DNA of 64,000 bases from the human T2T-CHM13v2.0 reference genome, Homo sapiens, in assembly GCA_009914755.4 (NCBI GenBank), contig CP068257.2:20000001-20064000 (forward strand). Reading direction: 5' to 3'. The notes under the pieces were generated by a model. The model was not told the DNA's origin. It worked only from the letters and a program-made list of their open reading frames with translations, and searched no databases. Numbering within the stretch: position 1 is the first letter of the stretch; the number at the start of each line of letters is the position of its first letter. The position numbers were made by a program, and so were the translations under genes. Shown piece after piece: positions 29,440 to 43,747 of the stretch.

Positions 29440-30560
29440 CATATTTTAAGAGGTGATTTAAAAAAAAACTAGAAAGAACAAAGAGGGGATAATTTACCTT
29501 AGTGTTATTAGAAAAAATTGAGAAACAAACAAACAAAAAAAGCTTAATTACATCCTGAAAAAGCTTGATGATAATGCATCCATGAACCAAAATAGGAACT
29601 GTTTAACATGAAGCAACGAACCGTAGCAATAAAGGCCACTTTGACTTCACTAAAGCCAACAATAAAAGAAAGTTGGGAGAGATAGCCAAGAAAATCTAGT
29701 TTCAGAAACAAAAACAAAACAAAACAACAAAGAGATGGGAAATAGGCAATAAAAGAGGAAAAAACATACGGATAAAATACGGAGACTCCATGCCAGACAT
29801 AAAAGAGTTACTAAAACAGATAATTAGAAAATAGAGGAGGGAAAAATAGATGAGGGAAGAATAAATAGAGATTTTTTTCCATTGCTTAATAAGAACTTAT
29901 GCCTTGAATTGAAATAGCCTGTTAATTATTTAAAACAATTACGGGAACAACAACAGAAAGACCTAGTCATGATAACATTGTGAAATTTTCAACTACTTAA
30001 GACTGAAAAAAGAGGTGATGGTATTCAGAAAGTAAACCAAAGACCTATAAATAGTGGTGATAATCAAATTGGTATCAGATATACCATCAGTAACACCAGA
30101 GGCTAAAAAAGGGTAAATAGTCTAAAGATTCCTGGAAAAATAACTATATATCTAAATTTCCATATTCTTCCAAGGAATCAGTCCAGTGTGATAATAGAAA
30201 AAAAATCCATAGGTGAAAATTAACATTTTATGAAGAGAATGAAACAATTAATACTGAAGAAAGAAAACATGAAAGTAGAGGATAGAAGTCTCTTGGTGTG
30301 TCAATTTCAACTCAGTGCTTAAGATAAAAGTGTCTCGGTAAAAGTAAGGCATGGATGGAAATGGTATATAGCTAAGCACCCTGAAAATCTTGAGGACAGA
30401 TTGAAGGTATTTGTGAGGTATAAAAAGCAGAGATGCAACTTAAACTTGTTGACAGCAACATTCCCCATGAGTGGCAGAGACATAACATTGAATTTAAAGT
30501 GTAACAAGTAAAATCCTCTGCTCAACTTTGAGAAATATTCATAGCCATAGGCATGTGAGT
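29440..30560 (+). mobile_element. Probable ancient LINE-1 (L1M-like) fragment spanning the ORF1-3'/ORF2-5' region, sense
   Basis: A-rich, lysine-codon-rich sequence with L1-like blocks (caacagaaagacctagtcatgataacattgtgaaattttcaactacttaagactgaaaaaagaggtgatggtattcagaaagtaaaccaaagacctataaatag; ggtatcagatataccatcagtaacaccagaggctaaaaaagggtaaatag). The match to remembered L1 consensus is loose. Confidence 0.4.
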
Positions 30561-33270
30561 ATTTTCTGTTGGTATGAATGTTTTTAGACTGATTTCATTA
30601 ACGCATTCTAGAAAACATAACCGTGGTTTTAAAACAGAACACAAATCTTACCAAACTTGAGGGGGGAAAATGAGAGCACAACCAGCTGTGTATGAGAGCT
30701 ATAATTAGGGGAAGATTGTAAAGGAAAAGGATGGAAACATGTATGTCTACTTTTTAGAAAAAGATAATCCAAGAGGTACTACTTTCAGTAGAGTGGACAA
30801 TATTGGGCTTTAGGCAGGAGAAAACCAGTGGGGCAATTGGGTACATGGATATAATCATAGGGAAGGATTATGTATAGAAGAGCAACTGAGGCACAGAGAC
30901 AGGAAGGTGAGAAATATCTAACATATTTTGAGGGATTTTTTGTCAAACTATTTAGAATGTTTTCCTGGTTAAGATATTAAGCAATGTTGGGCATAAAACA
31001 TCAGTCACTCTTTTACAGTCACTCTATTTATAAAATAACGAGTTTCAAGAAGATTAAGTAACCTGCCACGTTGATACAGCTAAAAAGAGATATGACTTAC
31101 ATTTGAATATATTTCCACTGCTTACAAAGCCGCCCACGCTTAATAAACTGTGCTGTACTCCTTTCACCATGGGTCATATCTTCAGCAGAAAGTGCTGGGA
31201 CATAAATCAAGAACTTCTGGTTCCCAAACTGATTCACTTGCCGCCTTATAGTTCACATTCTGAATCAACTGCTGTTGTGTTGGTGACAGTAAAAGCACAA
31301 AAGAACAATCAGGCTTAATTTTTTTTTAAAGAGTCCCTTCTTGGTATCAAGACTCTGGAGTGTAGCATGACAAAAAAATATACCACTGTTGTTATAATTA
31401 TATGAAATCACAAAAGTCAAAGCTGACCATTATTAACTTCAGTAAAAATTTGACCCACATAATGAAATTTCCAAGCTTTAGGACAATATAGATATTAGAT
31501 TGATCCAGAGGAAATAAATTAGACAACATTTTCTTTTAAAAGTATATGTGGCATTAATGTGGATTTGTGAAATAAACATTATACCTTTGTATTCATACAA
31601 AGTCTTGTATAAATAAATACATATTTTGTTTTAACTTCTGTAGTCAACCTCATATATTTGTGGAAATTTATGACAATACATTTCATAAATAATTCTGCTT
31701 CATTACTTTTAAATTATCTTTTAAAGATATATTTTTACAAACATTGTCTATTATTTTCACATTATAATATAACAAAATGAAAAAATAGGATTGTTCATTT
31801 TGTGATACCTCGGACTCTAAGTTGGGCCTGAACTCTATATGAGAACTGATTAACAATTAAATGTCAAAATTTTATTTTATTTCATTAACAAAATGTATTA
31901 TATTGAAAATTTTATAGGAAGCAGTAGCCAAAAGAGTGCATATGTTCATATGTGTAGCTGTTTTTCTTCAAGTACTTTTAAATCTTTATACGTCAGTTCC
32001 TGAATACCATTGGCCTTGCTGATAATACATTGACAGAATTTTCCCTGCAAGTAGCAGATATACAATTTTTTCGTAACTTACTTGTAGCATATCTATATTC
32101 ACATAAGGGTTTATGGGGATAAAGAACCAAAATATGGGCATTTTTATTATACTAAAACATTATAACATGCTATCTAAAATGGTCATTTTAAATTTGTGCT
32201 CTACCTTGCTTTTGCATGTATAGTAACAAAAATCAGGAGAAAGAGAGTAAAAATTGTGGTCACCTAATGTTTAATCTATAAGATTTTATGTATATTTCTA
32301 AATAAGAGAAGTAGATTTTTTACTAAAACAAAGTTACATGAAGATTTATAGTGTGACATAAGACTGAATTTGAAGTAAATACTATTATTATTATTGCATG
32401 TAATCTAATCTTGAAACTCATTTGAATAGGAAGGCCAGAAAAAATATTAGGATATGAAAACAAATCAACTCAAGAGATTTGAAATAGCATTTCTGGCTTA
32501 GTTTATTGATCAGAGAACTGGTAACAGAATTATGGAAATAATTTCCTGATCAATATTTTTGGAATGGAGAAACCTTGAGAAAGGGTTGTTGGTGAATTAA
32601 TAATTTTGTTTGGGACACTTACATTTGAATTTCCTATTGGATAGATACATCACAATGTCTTCGTTTTTCAGGCACCCAGTAAGGGAGTCTATAAAGAACT
32701 AATTTTCCCCTACATTGGAAGGTGGTGACAGGAAGGTATTTTAATCAGGGCTCTGGTGGAATACAAGACAGAAATAATTTCCAGGGAGAAACTCTTTTTT
32801 CAAACAATTCAGGCAGAAGAGGGAATGGCAAGATGAAATTTTGGATTCTACATGTGCTCACCTATCATTTAATTTTCATTACCAACACCAAGTATACACA
32901 TTTTTAAAAATGATGAAGATAACATTTCAATTATGTAGTGTAAGGATGAATTAATCACTACGTCATCATGCAGAAAGAACTGATTTAATCATTAAAAACA
33001 AAACAATTACAAACTCTATGGTTTCTTTCACACCAGGAAACTTAGAAAGCAACAAGAACAAGAAAAAGGCAGATGTTATAAAAGCAAAGCTAAATACTTT
33101 GGGTATATATACATGTAAAACCTCTGTGTAATGGAATATATTATAAAAAGTGGTGAACAATAAGCAACCATATTTCTTAAATACTTGTAATATATATGAA
33201 ATATAAAGATTTGAAAAGAAAATATGTAAAGATCTCTTATAATAAAAGACAGACTTTCTAATATGTTTAT

Positions 33271-33728
33271 TACACTATTCACACTGGCAAAGACATGAAA
33301 TCAACCTGTGTACCCATCAATGGTGGATTGCAAAAAGAAAATGTAGTGCATATATGCCATGGAATTCCATGCAGCCATAAAATAGACCAAAATTATGTCT
33401 CGTGCAGCAACATGAAGGCAGTTGGAAGCCATTATTCTAAGCGAATTAATGCAAGAAGAGAAAATCAAATATTGCATTTCTTCACATATAAGTGGGAGCT
33501 TAACACTGAGCACATGTGGACATGGGAACAATTAACACTGTGGACTACTACAGTGGGGATGGTAAGGGAGAAAGGGGGCAGTGGTTGAAAAACCATCTAC
33601 TGGGTTTTATGCTTACTACTTAAGTGATGGGATCTGTACCCAAACCTCAGCATCATGCAATGCACCTATGTAACAAACTTGCACATGCACCTCAAGTATC
33701 TGAAATAAAATTTGAAATTAAAAAAATT
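33271..33728 (+). mobile_element. 5'-truncated LINE-1 3' end (older L1PA/L1PB-like), sense, with a short A-rich tail
   Basis: acactattcacactggcaaagacatgaaatcaacctgtgtacccatcaatggtggattgcaaaaagaaaatgtagtgcatatatgccatggaattccatgcagccataaaa ... tatgtaacaaacttgcacatgcacctcaagtatctgaaataaaatttgaaattaaaaaaa. Confidence 0.8.
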
Positions 33729-34614
33729 GAACCATTGTTATGCCAGAAAACATAAAAGAAATACTCATCAGGAATAGTATGTTCAAATGTTTGATCTAAT
33801 CAGAGATCCAAGGAAGGCAAATAAAATAACGATGAAATAAAACAACAAAATAAATTCCTCCTGTTTGTTTCGAAAATAGATTGTCCCTTCAACTTGTGGT
33901 TAAAGTTTAAATTGGTACAAACTTTATGACGAGAAATTAGCTGAAAAATGCTTACATTGCACTGAATCAGCCAGTTTGAGAGATCTTAGAAAGCCTTGGC
34001 TACCAGAATGATAATTACAATGTATGAAATGAAAAAAATTGCTAAGCAGTTAACATTTAGTAGAAAGTCATTGATTAAGTAATCTATTAAGTGAAATACT
34101 TATAAGTCATTAAAATTGCATTAGAGATATAGTGAGCATCTGTTGTGGCTGCTGGAACCCCATCAATTCTACTATTTCTCTACTCATACTAATTAGCCTT
34201 TGTTATCTACTATCACTGCCCCCGACATAACACACATATGAGACAGAATCCTGAAGAATCCTGAGTCCTGATAGGAAGTGTCAAGGTGCCCACCCTTCTC
34301 TTGGATCTTGAATGGAGCGCATAATCACTTTTAACAGTGAGAGCTGATGAATCCCAACAGAGAAACCTGGAATCAACTGTTTCTTGGTTTCTGTTAGTTA
34401 TATTCTTGGAGCTACCCCAGTTTCTATTTTAAATATGAAAATGAAAATAGCATTTTTAGCTTCTCTGTAAGTTCTATCAGCCTGTCTATCTACATAAGAT
34501 TGTATACTTGTTTAAAGGACCCTACTTTGGTTTCTGTTGCTTGCAAACAGAGAGCTAAAAAAAAAAAATCTAGATGTATTTACTGAAAAAAGATGGTCAC
34601 CAAATTTTGGTGAC

Positions 34615-36172
34615 TATATTAGTCTGTTCTCATGGTGCTATTCAGACATACCTGAGACTGGGTAGTTTATAAAGGACAGAGGTTTAATTGACTCATACTT
34701 CCACATGGCTGGGGAGGCCTCACAATCATGGCAGAAGGTGAATGAGTACCAAAGTCATATTTTAAATGGTGGCAGCCAAGAGAGCTTGTGCAGGGGAACT
34801 CCCATTTATAAAACCATCAGCTCTCATGAGACTTTTTAAACAGCAGGAGAAAAACCCACCCCTATGATTCAATTAACTTCCGCTGAGTCCCTCCCACAAC
34901 ATGTGGGAATTATGGGAGCTACAATTCAAGGTGAGATTTGGTTGGGACACAGCCAAACCATATCGTTCCAACCCTCCCCCTCCCAAATCTCATGTCCTCA
35001 AATTTCAAAACTACTCATGCCTTCCCAACAGTCCCCAAAAGTCTTAACTCATTTCAGCATTAACTTAAAAGTCCATAGTCCAAAGTGTCATCTGAGAAAA
35101 GGCAAGTTCTTCTGCCTGTGAGCCTGTAATATCAAAAGCAAGTTAATTACTTCCTAGATACAATGTGGGTACAAGCATTGGGTAAATACACCTGTTCCAA
35201 ATGGGAGACGTTGTCCAAAATGAAGGTGCTTCAGGCCCCATGCAAGTCCAAAATCCAACAGGCCTGTCAAATATTAAAGCTATGAAATCATCTCCTTTCA
35301 CTCCATGTCTCACATACAGGTCACACTGATGCAAGACGTGGGTTCCCATGGTCTTGGGCAGCTCTACCCCTGTGGTTTTTCAGCATACACCCCTCCTTCT
35401 GGATAGTTTCACAAGCTGGCATTGAGTGTCTGCAGCTTTTCTAGGTACGTAGTGCAAGCTGTCGGTGGAGCTATCATTCTGAGGTCTGGCGGATGGTGGC
35501 CCTCTTCTCACAGCTCCATTAGGTAGTGCCCAGTAGGGACTCTGTGGGAGGGCTCCAACCCCACATTTTCCTTTTGCACTGCCTTAGCAGAGGTTCTCAA
35601 TGAAGACCCTGCCTCTGCAGCAGACTTCTGCCTGGACATCCAGACATTTCCATACATCCTCTCAAATCTAGGTGGAGGTTCCCAAACATCAATTCTTGAT
35701 TTCTGTGCACCCACAGACTCAACACTATGTGGAAACTGCCAAGGCTTGGGGCTTCCACCCTTTGAAGCCATGGCCCGAGCTCTACCTTGGCCCTTTTAGC
35801 CATGGCTGGAGCAGCTGGGGCACGGGGCACCAAGTACCTAGGCTGCACGGAACAGTGGGGCCCTGGGCCAGGCCCAGGAAATTATTTTTTCTTCCTAGGC
35901 CTTTGAGCCTGTGATGGGAAGGTCTGCCACGAAAGTCTCTGACCTGCCCTGGAAACAGTTTTCCCACTGCTTTTGAGATTAACGTTTGGCTCCTCATTAC
36001 TTATGCAAAGGTCTGCAGCCACCTTGAATTTCTCCTCAGAAAAAGGGTTTTTCTTTTGTATTGCATCTTCAGGCTGCAAATTTTCTGGACTTTTATGCTC
36101 TGCTTCCCTTTTAAACATAAGTTCCAATTCCACACCAAAGCTTTGTGGATACATAAAACTGAATGATTTTAT
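34615..36172 (-). mobile_element. 5'-truncated THE1-class ERVL-MaLR element on the minus strand: 3' LTR 34615-34965 plus about 1.2 kb of internal region
   Basis: LTR in reverse complement: tatattagtctgttctcatggtgctattcagacatacctgagactgggtagtttataaaggacagaggtttaattgactcatacttccacatggctggggaggcctcacaatcatggcagaagg ... gggacacagccaaaccatatcg. This is followed by internal-region reverse complement (ccaaatctcatgtcctcaaatttcaaaactactcatgccttcccaacagtccccaaaagtcttaactcatttcagcattaac ...). Collinearity with the copy at 1-819 ends at about 36170 (ataaaactgaatgatttta, then unrelated sequence), so the 5' internal part and 5' LTR are missing. Confidence 0.8.
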
Positions 36173-37084
36173 AGTGAAAAGCAAATAATTTGAGAAGATG
36201 TAAGAAGGTATGAGTGCTGTATGAAAAGAAGTTTTTTCAACAGAAACCAATGTGAAACTTAGGTAATAGATATATGTTTTCATACTGATTTTCTTAATTG
36301 ACATTTTAATTTGGCCCACCCAAACATCTGGATAGCCAGGCTGTCTGCTTCTTCAATGGAAGTAGGTTTCGTTCTCTGTGTAAAAGAAGGGTACCCCATT
36401 ACCAGTGTCCTCCCTTCCATAATAGCTGAAGAGAGTGGCTCACTTAGACATGTTCAAGAGCAACCAAAATGGCCTCAGGTTGTGGTTGGCTCCAATGTCC
36501 CTGCCAGGGGTGCTATCTTTACTACTAACCCCAGCTGTTACTATTTCCCCATTTGACATTGCTGAATCTCTTCTATCTCTATTTCATTCTGTGCCGTTCT
36601 CTAGGTGTAAACAGGAGTTGTGCAGATTTAACAAAAGGTAACACTCTTCTTTAATTTTTCTGTTGAAGATCTAGATATAGCTAAAGCTTGATTATGAGCT
36701 GCATGCACAACAATTGACATATTGCGTATCAAAACATTTTCTAATAAAATGTAGATATATGATGTTTTGATTACCGTAGTTTTTGTTTATTATCAGTGAA
36801 TTATTTTCCTTATAAATTGGGACTATATTTATTTTTATAGTCCCAATTATAGTAAGGGATTATAGTAAGGATAACTATATTGTTAATCTTAAGATTGAAA
36901 AGTTGAAGAGTATATTTTAATATCATGGCAAAACTGAGGAAACATTTTAAAAATCCATTTGAAACAAACTGTGTACTGCATAAAACAAATTATCGTGATG
37001 TTGTAAGATATTACTAGAAAATGTATAAGTACTTTAATAAGCCAAAGCATGCGTGGGTATAAGTATTTACTACTGTGCAATGCA

Positions 37085-37640
37085 TTACCACACACTTAGA
37101 GGTTTAGAACAAAACATCTTAATTATCTCACAGTTTGTGTGTCAGAATTCCAGGAATAATATGGCTTGGTCTTCTGCTCAGGGTCTCACAAGGCAGCATT
37201 TAATGTATTATTAGCAAGGTTGCATTTCTGTCTGAAGCTTGAGGTCCCCTTCCAAGCTCATATGATTATTGGTCGAATTCTCTTCTAGCTACTGTAGGAG
37301 TATGGTCTCACTTTTCTGCTGACTGTCAGCTGGGAGATGCTTTTATTTCCCAGAGGCCACTCAGAAATTTTTTCCATGTGGCTCTTTCTCAGGTTCTCTT
37401 ACAGACCTCTGAGAACATGACAGATTATTTCTTCAAGACTAGCAAAAGTCTTTCTGGCTCTACTCTGTTAATATGGGGTCTTACGTAAGAATCACAGGAG
37501 TGGCTACCCCATCACCTTTGCCATATTCTTTTGGTAAAAACAAGTCAGAGATTTCACTCAAACTTATGGGGAAAAAAACTTTTCAAGGGTCAGGACACAT
37601 AGGGGTCACCTTGTATATGCCCAGCACAACAGGTTACCTT
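37085..37640 (+). mobile_element. MLT1-like ERVL-MaLR LTR (old, diverged)
   Basis: ttagaacaaaacatcttaattatctcacagtttgtgtgtcagaattccagg ... ggtctcacaaggcagcatt ... ctcttctagctactgtaggag ... ccatcacctttgccatattcttttggtaaaaacaagtcagagatttcactcaaacttatgggg ... ggggtcaccttgtatatgcccagcacaac parallels MLT1 consensus blocks (ttatcttacagttctggaggtcagaagtcc ... ggtctcactgggctaaaatcaaggtgtcagc ... ggacccttgtgattacattgggcccacccggataatccagg). Confidence 0.45.
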
Positions 37641-39203
37641 ATAAGTCTTTGTTTTAACATCTTATTAGCCTTGCTTTTAAGATAACCAAATTGGGGTGGG
37701 ACTAACAAAGACTAATTTATTCATATGAGATTCAGTCTTGTGGTTTGGCCAAGCCTATCACAATGAGCAAATTAAATATGTTCAGGTCATTTGAACACGT
37801 CATTGTGGAGACATGCATGGGAAATCCAATTTGATACAAAGTCCTATGTTTAGACAGTGGTCAAACTTGTGAACTATCTTAATCAAATATAATAATATTG
37901 ACATAATCCTCCCTAAGGTGAAAAAATTATTAAATTATTCAGCAAATACTTGATCTGAGTGTGTCATAACTAAATGTCCTTCGAAAAAAGAAATTTTAAG
38001 GTATTTTTGGAAGTAGTTTAAAAAAAGATAAGATTCAATCAATCTAAACTGAGACTAGAGAGAGATTTTGGTTAAAATAATACAGGATATTCATATCCAT
38101 TCTATATTTATATTTCCTTGAGCTAAAAATCAATTGAGCCAAAATCATCATGTTTATTTATATAGAAAGGATATGACATAAAGGCAAATATAATTTCTAA
38201 CCTCATTTCACTTTTTCAAAGAGTAAGCATAAAATATACAAATAGAACATACATTTGAAAAAGTTAATATTTAACATGAAGTATAACAATTTTTGAAGTA
38301 GGTATTCTGCCTTAAGGACTTTTTGTATAAAATAAAACCTAATGACTATTGAGATCCACCTGAAGAATATGACAGAGGACAGGTTAAGGTATCCTCAAAT
38401 AAAAATGAGAGTTTCTTGTATAAATTTTAGTGCCTATAATTCCTCTAATCAAAGTTGTATTTGATGGCTTTAGCAAAAACAAAATGACTTGACTTTCTTC
38501 TCATCTTTACTATGTGATTGCCACTTATGAATGGAAAAATCTTAATTGGTACTTGCTTACAGAGTTTACTTTTACGTTTTAATTTGTTTAGATTATATAG
38601 CTCAAATTCATCAATTGGACATATGAATTGTCCTGATTTGTAATTTTTTCCTAAATTTTATTCTAGTGTATAAACACGTAAACTGTCCCACATGAATGTC
38701 CTTGTCATTTTTGTGCTAAAGATGCATTTAGAAGTATCAAGTAATTGACATATGCTCCTTTGAATACAGGTTAGCACAAACGTTTTAATAGAAAATGTAA
38801 AGAGTGAAGTGATCACTGAAGGGAGCACTTATAGTATATATAGCTATTAACAGAAATAGTTGCTTTTATGATATATGTTTTTCATTACAAAAGATGATTC
38901 TTTGATGACTAGTCAAATACAAATGAATAAAAACTCATGTTTAAGATAAACCACAAGTGTTTAGTCACCAACAAATGAAAAAGACAAATATGTTTAAATT
39001 ACACGTTTAAATATTTCATATTTCATAATATTGAATGCTGATTTTCTTTTAGAGATAGTAAAAACAATTCATAAATGTCTGAATCGCTATTCAGTGTAAA
39101 TTGGAGAGGTATTGCATCTTTGCTTGATTGAAATGCTGTTATATGTGGAAATACAAAGTTTGATATACTTATAAATGGTAAGTTTCAATAAAGTCTCAAC
39201 TCA

Positions 39204-39549
<346 letters not shown>

Positions 39550-40091
39550 AAAAGTGTGCAAGTGAAATGACAAGGCTGGACTTCCTACAAGGAAACAAAG
39601 ATATTCAGTAAAAGTTTTAGTTAGGTTCCAGACATCTACATAATTACACAAAAATGCTTGAAGAAACAGAAGTTCAATAGACAAATAATCATTGTGAAGG
39701 CAGGGGAAGAATTGCATGATTAGTTATGAAAGAAATGATTTGAAGAGGAATTAGAAGGATTTTAAAAGGTATTTCCAAGATAAAATGTCAAAAGCCTCTT
39801 ATACATTCAATACAGCTTTTGTTTCACTTAGGGCAGTGGATATAAGGTGACCAAATGTCTCCATTAACATAGGACTAAGGGCTTTCTCAAGAATGGTAAA
39901 AGTAAGAAAAATCCATGGCCAAAACACGACAAGCTGGTCAACCTAGCAGTGGTTCTTACCATTTACCCAAATTATCTGAGGATGTTTTTTGTACAAGAAA
40001 AAAATAAATTTAAAACACACCCAAGCTCCTACAAATAGATTATATTTGAACTGGTCTGAGATGAAGTCAGGTATTGTATTGTTTGTATATT

Positions 40092-40670
40092 AGTTTTCTA
40101 TTGCTGTCATAACAGATTTCCAAAACGTAGTGGTTTAAACACAAATGTATTATCTCATTGTTCTGTAGTTCAGACATCTAGGTGTAATGTGGCTTGGCTG
40201 GTTTCTCTGGTTAGTCTCACAGGACTGAAAGCCAGGTGTCAGCAAGTAGTATCCTAGAGGCTTTGGGGATGAATCCATTTCCTTACTCAGTCAGGTTGCT
40301 GGTGGAATTCAATTGCTTGAAGAGGGTAATAGGAGTGAGATCCTTGTGTCCTTGGCTAGCTGTAAGCTACAGACTGTTCCCAAATCCTAGAGTCCACCCA
40401 CATTCCCTAGGTGGTGACTGCTTATCCCTCTTCAAAGCTCATGATGCCAAGTTGAACCCTTTTCCTGCATCCAATCTCCATGGTCTGCCCTCCCCCGGAC
40501 CCCACTGCTTCATCTCTCCTACTCTTTCATCCACATCACTCTGATTCTTTTCCATCCTCTCCTGCTTGTTTCAGGCCCATGTAATTACCTTGTGCCCACC
40601 TGGATAACCTAAGACCATCACCTTATTTTAAGGTGAGCTGATTGGTAACTTATTTTCACCTAAAGTCTTT
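40092..40670 (+). mobile_element. MLT1-like ERVL-MaLR LTR
   Basis: ttttctattgctgtcataacagatttccaaaacgtagtggtttaaacacaaatgtattatctcattgttctgtagttcagacatctagg ... ggactgaaagccaggtgtcagcaag ... cccatgtaattaccttgtgcccacctggataacctaagaccatcaccttattttaaggtgagctgattggtaac. This follows the MLT1 pattern (attgctgtaacaaattaccacaaacttagtggcttaaaacaacacaaatttattatcttacagttctggaggtcagaagtcc ... atcaaggtgtcagcagg ... gggcccacccggataatccagg). Confidence 0.5.
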
Positions 40671-40959
40671 TTTACAGCAGTACCTAGACGAGTGTTTGCT
40701 TGAATAACCAAAAGATGGGAATTTTGGAAAACATCCTTAGAATTCTGCCTACTCCAGTTTGTTCTACTATGGGTTCTCTGAGTAATTCTAACTTGGCAGC
40801 CAGATTTGAAAAGCATTTTTCAGGCATGCATTCTTGCTATTGTGCTACCTGATCACACCTACTTCCATATCTCTACAAGCACCAGATATTCTCAATATGG
40901 GAAGAAATAAATACTCTCTCTAGGACTTTCAATTTTACTGTGACATATAAAGAACTTAG

Positions 40960-41440
40960 AAGTTAAATTAGTTTCCTATTGCTGGTATAAGAAATTACAA
41001 CAAACACAGCGCCTTAAAACAGTGTAAATTTGTCTTACATCTCTGGAGTCAGAGGTTCAAAAATCAGCCTCACGAAGCTAAAAACAAGTGTCAACGGGGT
41101 AAATTCCTTCTTCAAGCTTTGAAGGGAAGAATCTATTTTCTTGCCCTTTTACCTCCTAGTGGCTGCCTATATTATTTGGCTTGTGGACACTTCTTCACAT
41201 CACTTTAACCTATCACATCCATCATCACACCTACTACAGACTCTGAACTCCTGCCTCCCTCTTCTAAGATCCTTTGTGATTACATCATACTCACATGAAT
41301 AACCCAATATAATCTCTGCATCTCAAGATTCTTAACTTAATCAGATATTAAAAGAGCCTCTGCCATATAACATTCAGAGTTTCCAGGAGTTACGACATGA
41401 ACATCTTTGAGGGGTAATTTTTAAGTCTACGATAAACATG
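40960..41440 (+). mobile_element. Second MLT1-like LTR, same orientation, about 290 bp downstream of the first
   Basis: gttaaattagtttcctattgctggtataagaaattacaacaaacacagcgccttaaaacagtgtaaatttgtcttacatctctggagtcagaggttcaaaaatcagcctcacgaagctaaaaacaagtgtcaacgg ... ctcttctaagatcctttgtgattacatcatactcacatgaataacccaatataatctctgcatctcaagattcttaacttaatcagatattaaaagagcctctgccatataacattcagagtttccaggagttacgacatgaacatctttgaggggtaatt. Confidence 0.45.
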
Positions 41441-42223
41441 AGCATCTTTACAAAAAGAACAAGTAGATGAATTTTAAGACACAAAATTTTAAATCCTTCA
41501 GATAAATGAGGTTGTAGAGCAGAATGCTGTGCCAAAATCTGGAGACACAGGTGCATCCATGGAGTCATAGTCGAGATCAGCTTACTGAAGCAAATCACTG
41601 AGCCATAAACTGATAGAAGTATTTCAACACTAATTTTTATCAATTGATGGAAACTGAGTGTGGTCCACTGTGAGAAATTCCCAGAGGCCACAGTTTCAAC
41701 CCTTGGTGGGCATCATCTCTAGTAACATCAACAATTTATCACTGAGAAGGTCTAAGAAAGATGCCATTGTTGACTCCTGCTGGTGAGGGAAATTAATTGT
41801 GAAACATGCCTAGAGGCTTCTCTCTAACAAACGTCTATTCTCTATGGAAAAAGACTTCTCCAGTGTCTTTTTCAAGCAGAGGGAAAGGCATTCTTCCCAA
41901 TCTAGTCCCCGTTAGGCTTCCTACATCACCTGTGGGTGAAAATGTAAACAAACGCTAGGGCTGACTGCACAGAAAGCCAACCACTGAGATTATGAGTATT
42001 GCCAGGAAAGATGGCTTTATTATGGGTAACGTCAGCTCGAGAGATGGGAGGCAAGACCCAAATTATCCTTTCTTTAACTACTAATGTTTGGGATTTACAG
42101 AGTGGGGGAGGAAAACTAGAGAGGCAAGGAAGAGGAGTTGGTCAAAGACAGCAGGTGGTCCAATGAGGGGTTTAGCATCTTATTGTAGCCACATATGAAA
42201 AAACAGGAATTAATGAGGGGTAA

Positions 42224-42589
<366 letters not shown>

Positions 42590-42989
42590 TCAGTTTTTTG
42601 GGTGTCAGGCATGTAGGAATATTGGGCCAGTGTCAAAAAACAATAGTGAAAAGGAGTCAGAGCTTCAAGGAAATAGATCGGGAATACTGAACAAATGAGG
42701 GGACTAGGGAGAAGGGAGATTTAAAAAAATGTATTCTCAAGATACATGCCCATTCAACTACTGAAGATTTAGAATTAAGATGGCCTCATTCCTCCCCGAC
42801 AATTTGTCACCAAAGCAATGCAGTGTAATAACTAAGGATTGAAGCTTAAAGAGCTGCAAGACATGTATTGTCACTGAGGAGTACTTAGGGAAGCCAAAAA
42901 TCAATAAGAGACTAAAATAAAAACATTAGAAAACTGTAAACCACTGGCACCTATAGCTACAACAAAACTTAAACTAGCCCATCTCTAGC

Positions 42990-43620
42990 AAGATTTACAT
43001 CAATACTAATATAAAAAGCCTATTTACCTCAGTTAATATTACAGGTAAAAAATGTCAAGCATTCAACACAAATTAGATGGAATGCCAAAGGCAAGAAAAA
43101 ATATCCTTGGGGGAAATAATACAATTAACAGAACAAGACTATGATATGATACAGATATAATTATCAGATGAGGGATTTAAAATAACAATAATCAATGTGC
43201 TGAAGGCTTTAGTGAAAAGTAAAAGAAACAAGTTCAAGATCATATGGGTAATGAAAACAGAGAGATGGAAACTGTAAGAAAGAATAAAAAGAAAATGCTA
43301 GAAATAAAAAACATCCCGACGAAAATGAAGAATCCCTTCTATTGCTCAACAATAGATTTGACAAAATTGAGGAATGATTCAGTGGGCTTGAAATTACAAT
43401 ACAATTTTGTAAAGTAAAATTTAAAGACAGAAAGAATAATAATGTAAGAGAGAACTCAACATCCACGAACATGGGATGATTTCAAAAGGTGTTTCATAAA
43501 CAGAATTGGATTATCAGAACCAGAAGAGACAGGAAGACATATTCCAAGTTGTAATGTATGAAAACTTTCCAAAATTATTTACAGATAAAATCCTATCAAA
43601 TCCAGGAAGTTGAAAGAATA
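42990..43620 (+). mobile_element. Ancient LINE-1 ORF1-region fragment (L1M-like), sense
   Basis: Frame translation of ...aacatccacgaacatgggatgatttcaaaaggtgtttcataaacagaattggattatcagaaccagaagagacaggaagacatattccaagttgtaatgtatgaaaactttccaaaattatttacagataaaatcctatcaaatccagg gives NIHEHGMISKGVS.TELDYQNQKRQEDIFQVVMYENFPKLFTDKILSNPG. This parallels L1 ORF1p ...NIRIIGIPEGEE..ENIFEEIMAENFPKLMKDINPQIQEAQ. Confidence 0.45.
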
Positions 43621-43650
43621 ACAAGCAATATAAACACCAAATTTTTGATT

Positions 43651-43698
43651 TATAACAATAATATTACTATAACAATAATATTATAACAATAATATTAC
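43651..43698. repeat. 17-bp tandem repeat, about 2.8 copies (tataacaataatattac)
   Basis: tataacaataatattactataacaataatattataacaataatattac. Confidence 0.85.
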
Positions 43699-43747
43699 AA
43701 AATTTATGAAATTGATTTTCATAAGTCAAGCATTGACCTAAGTACTT

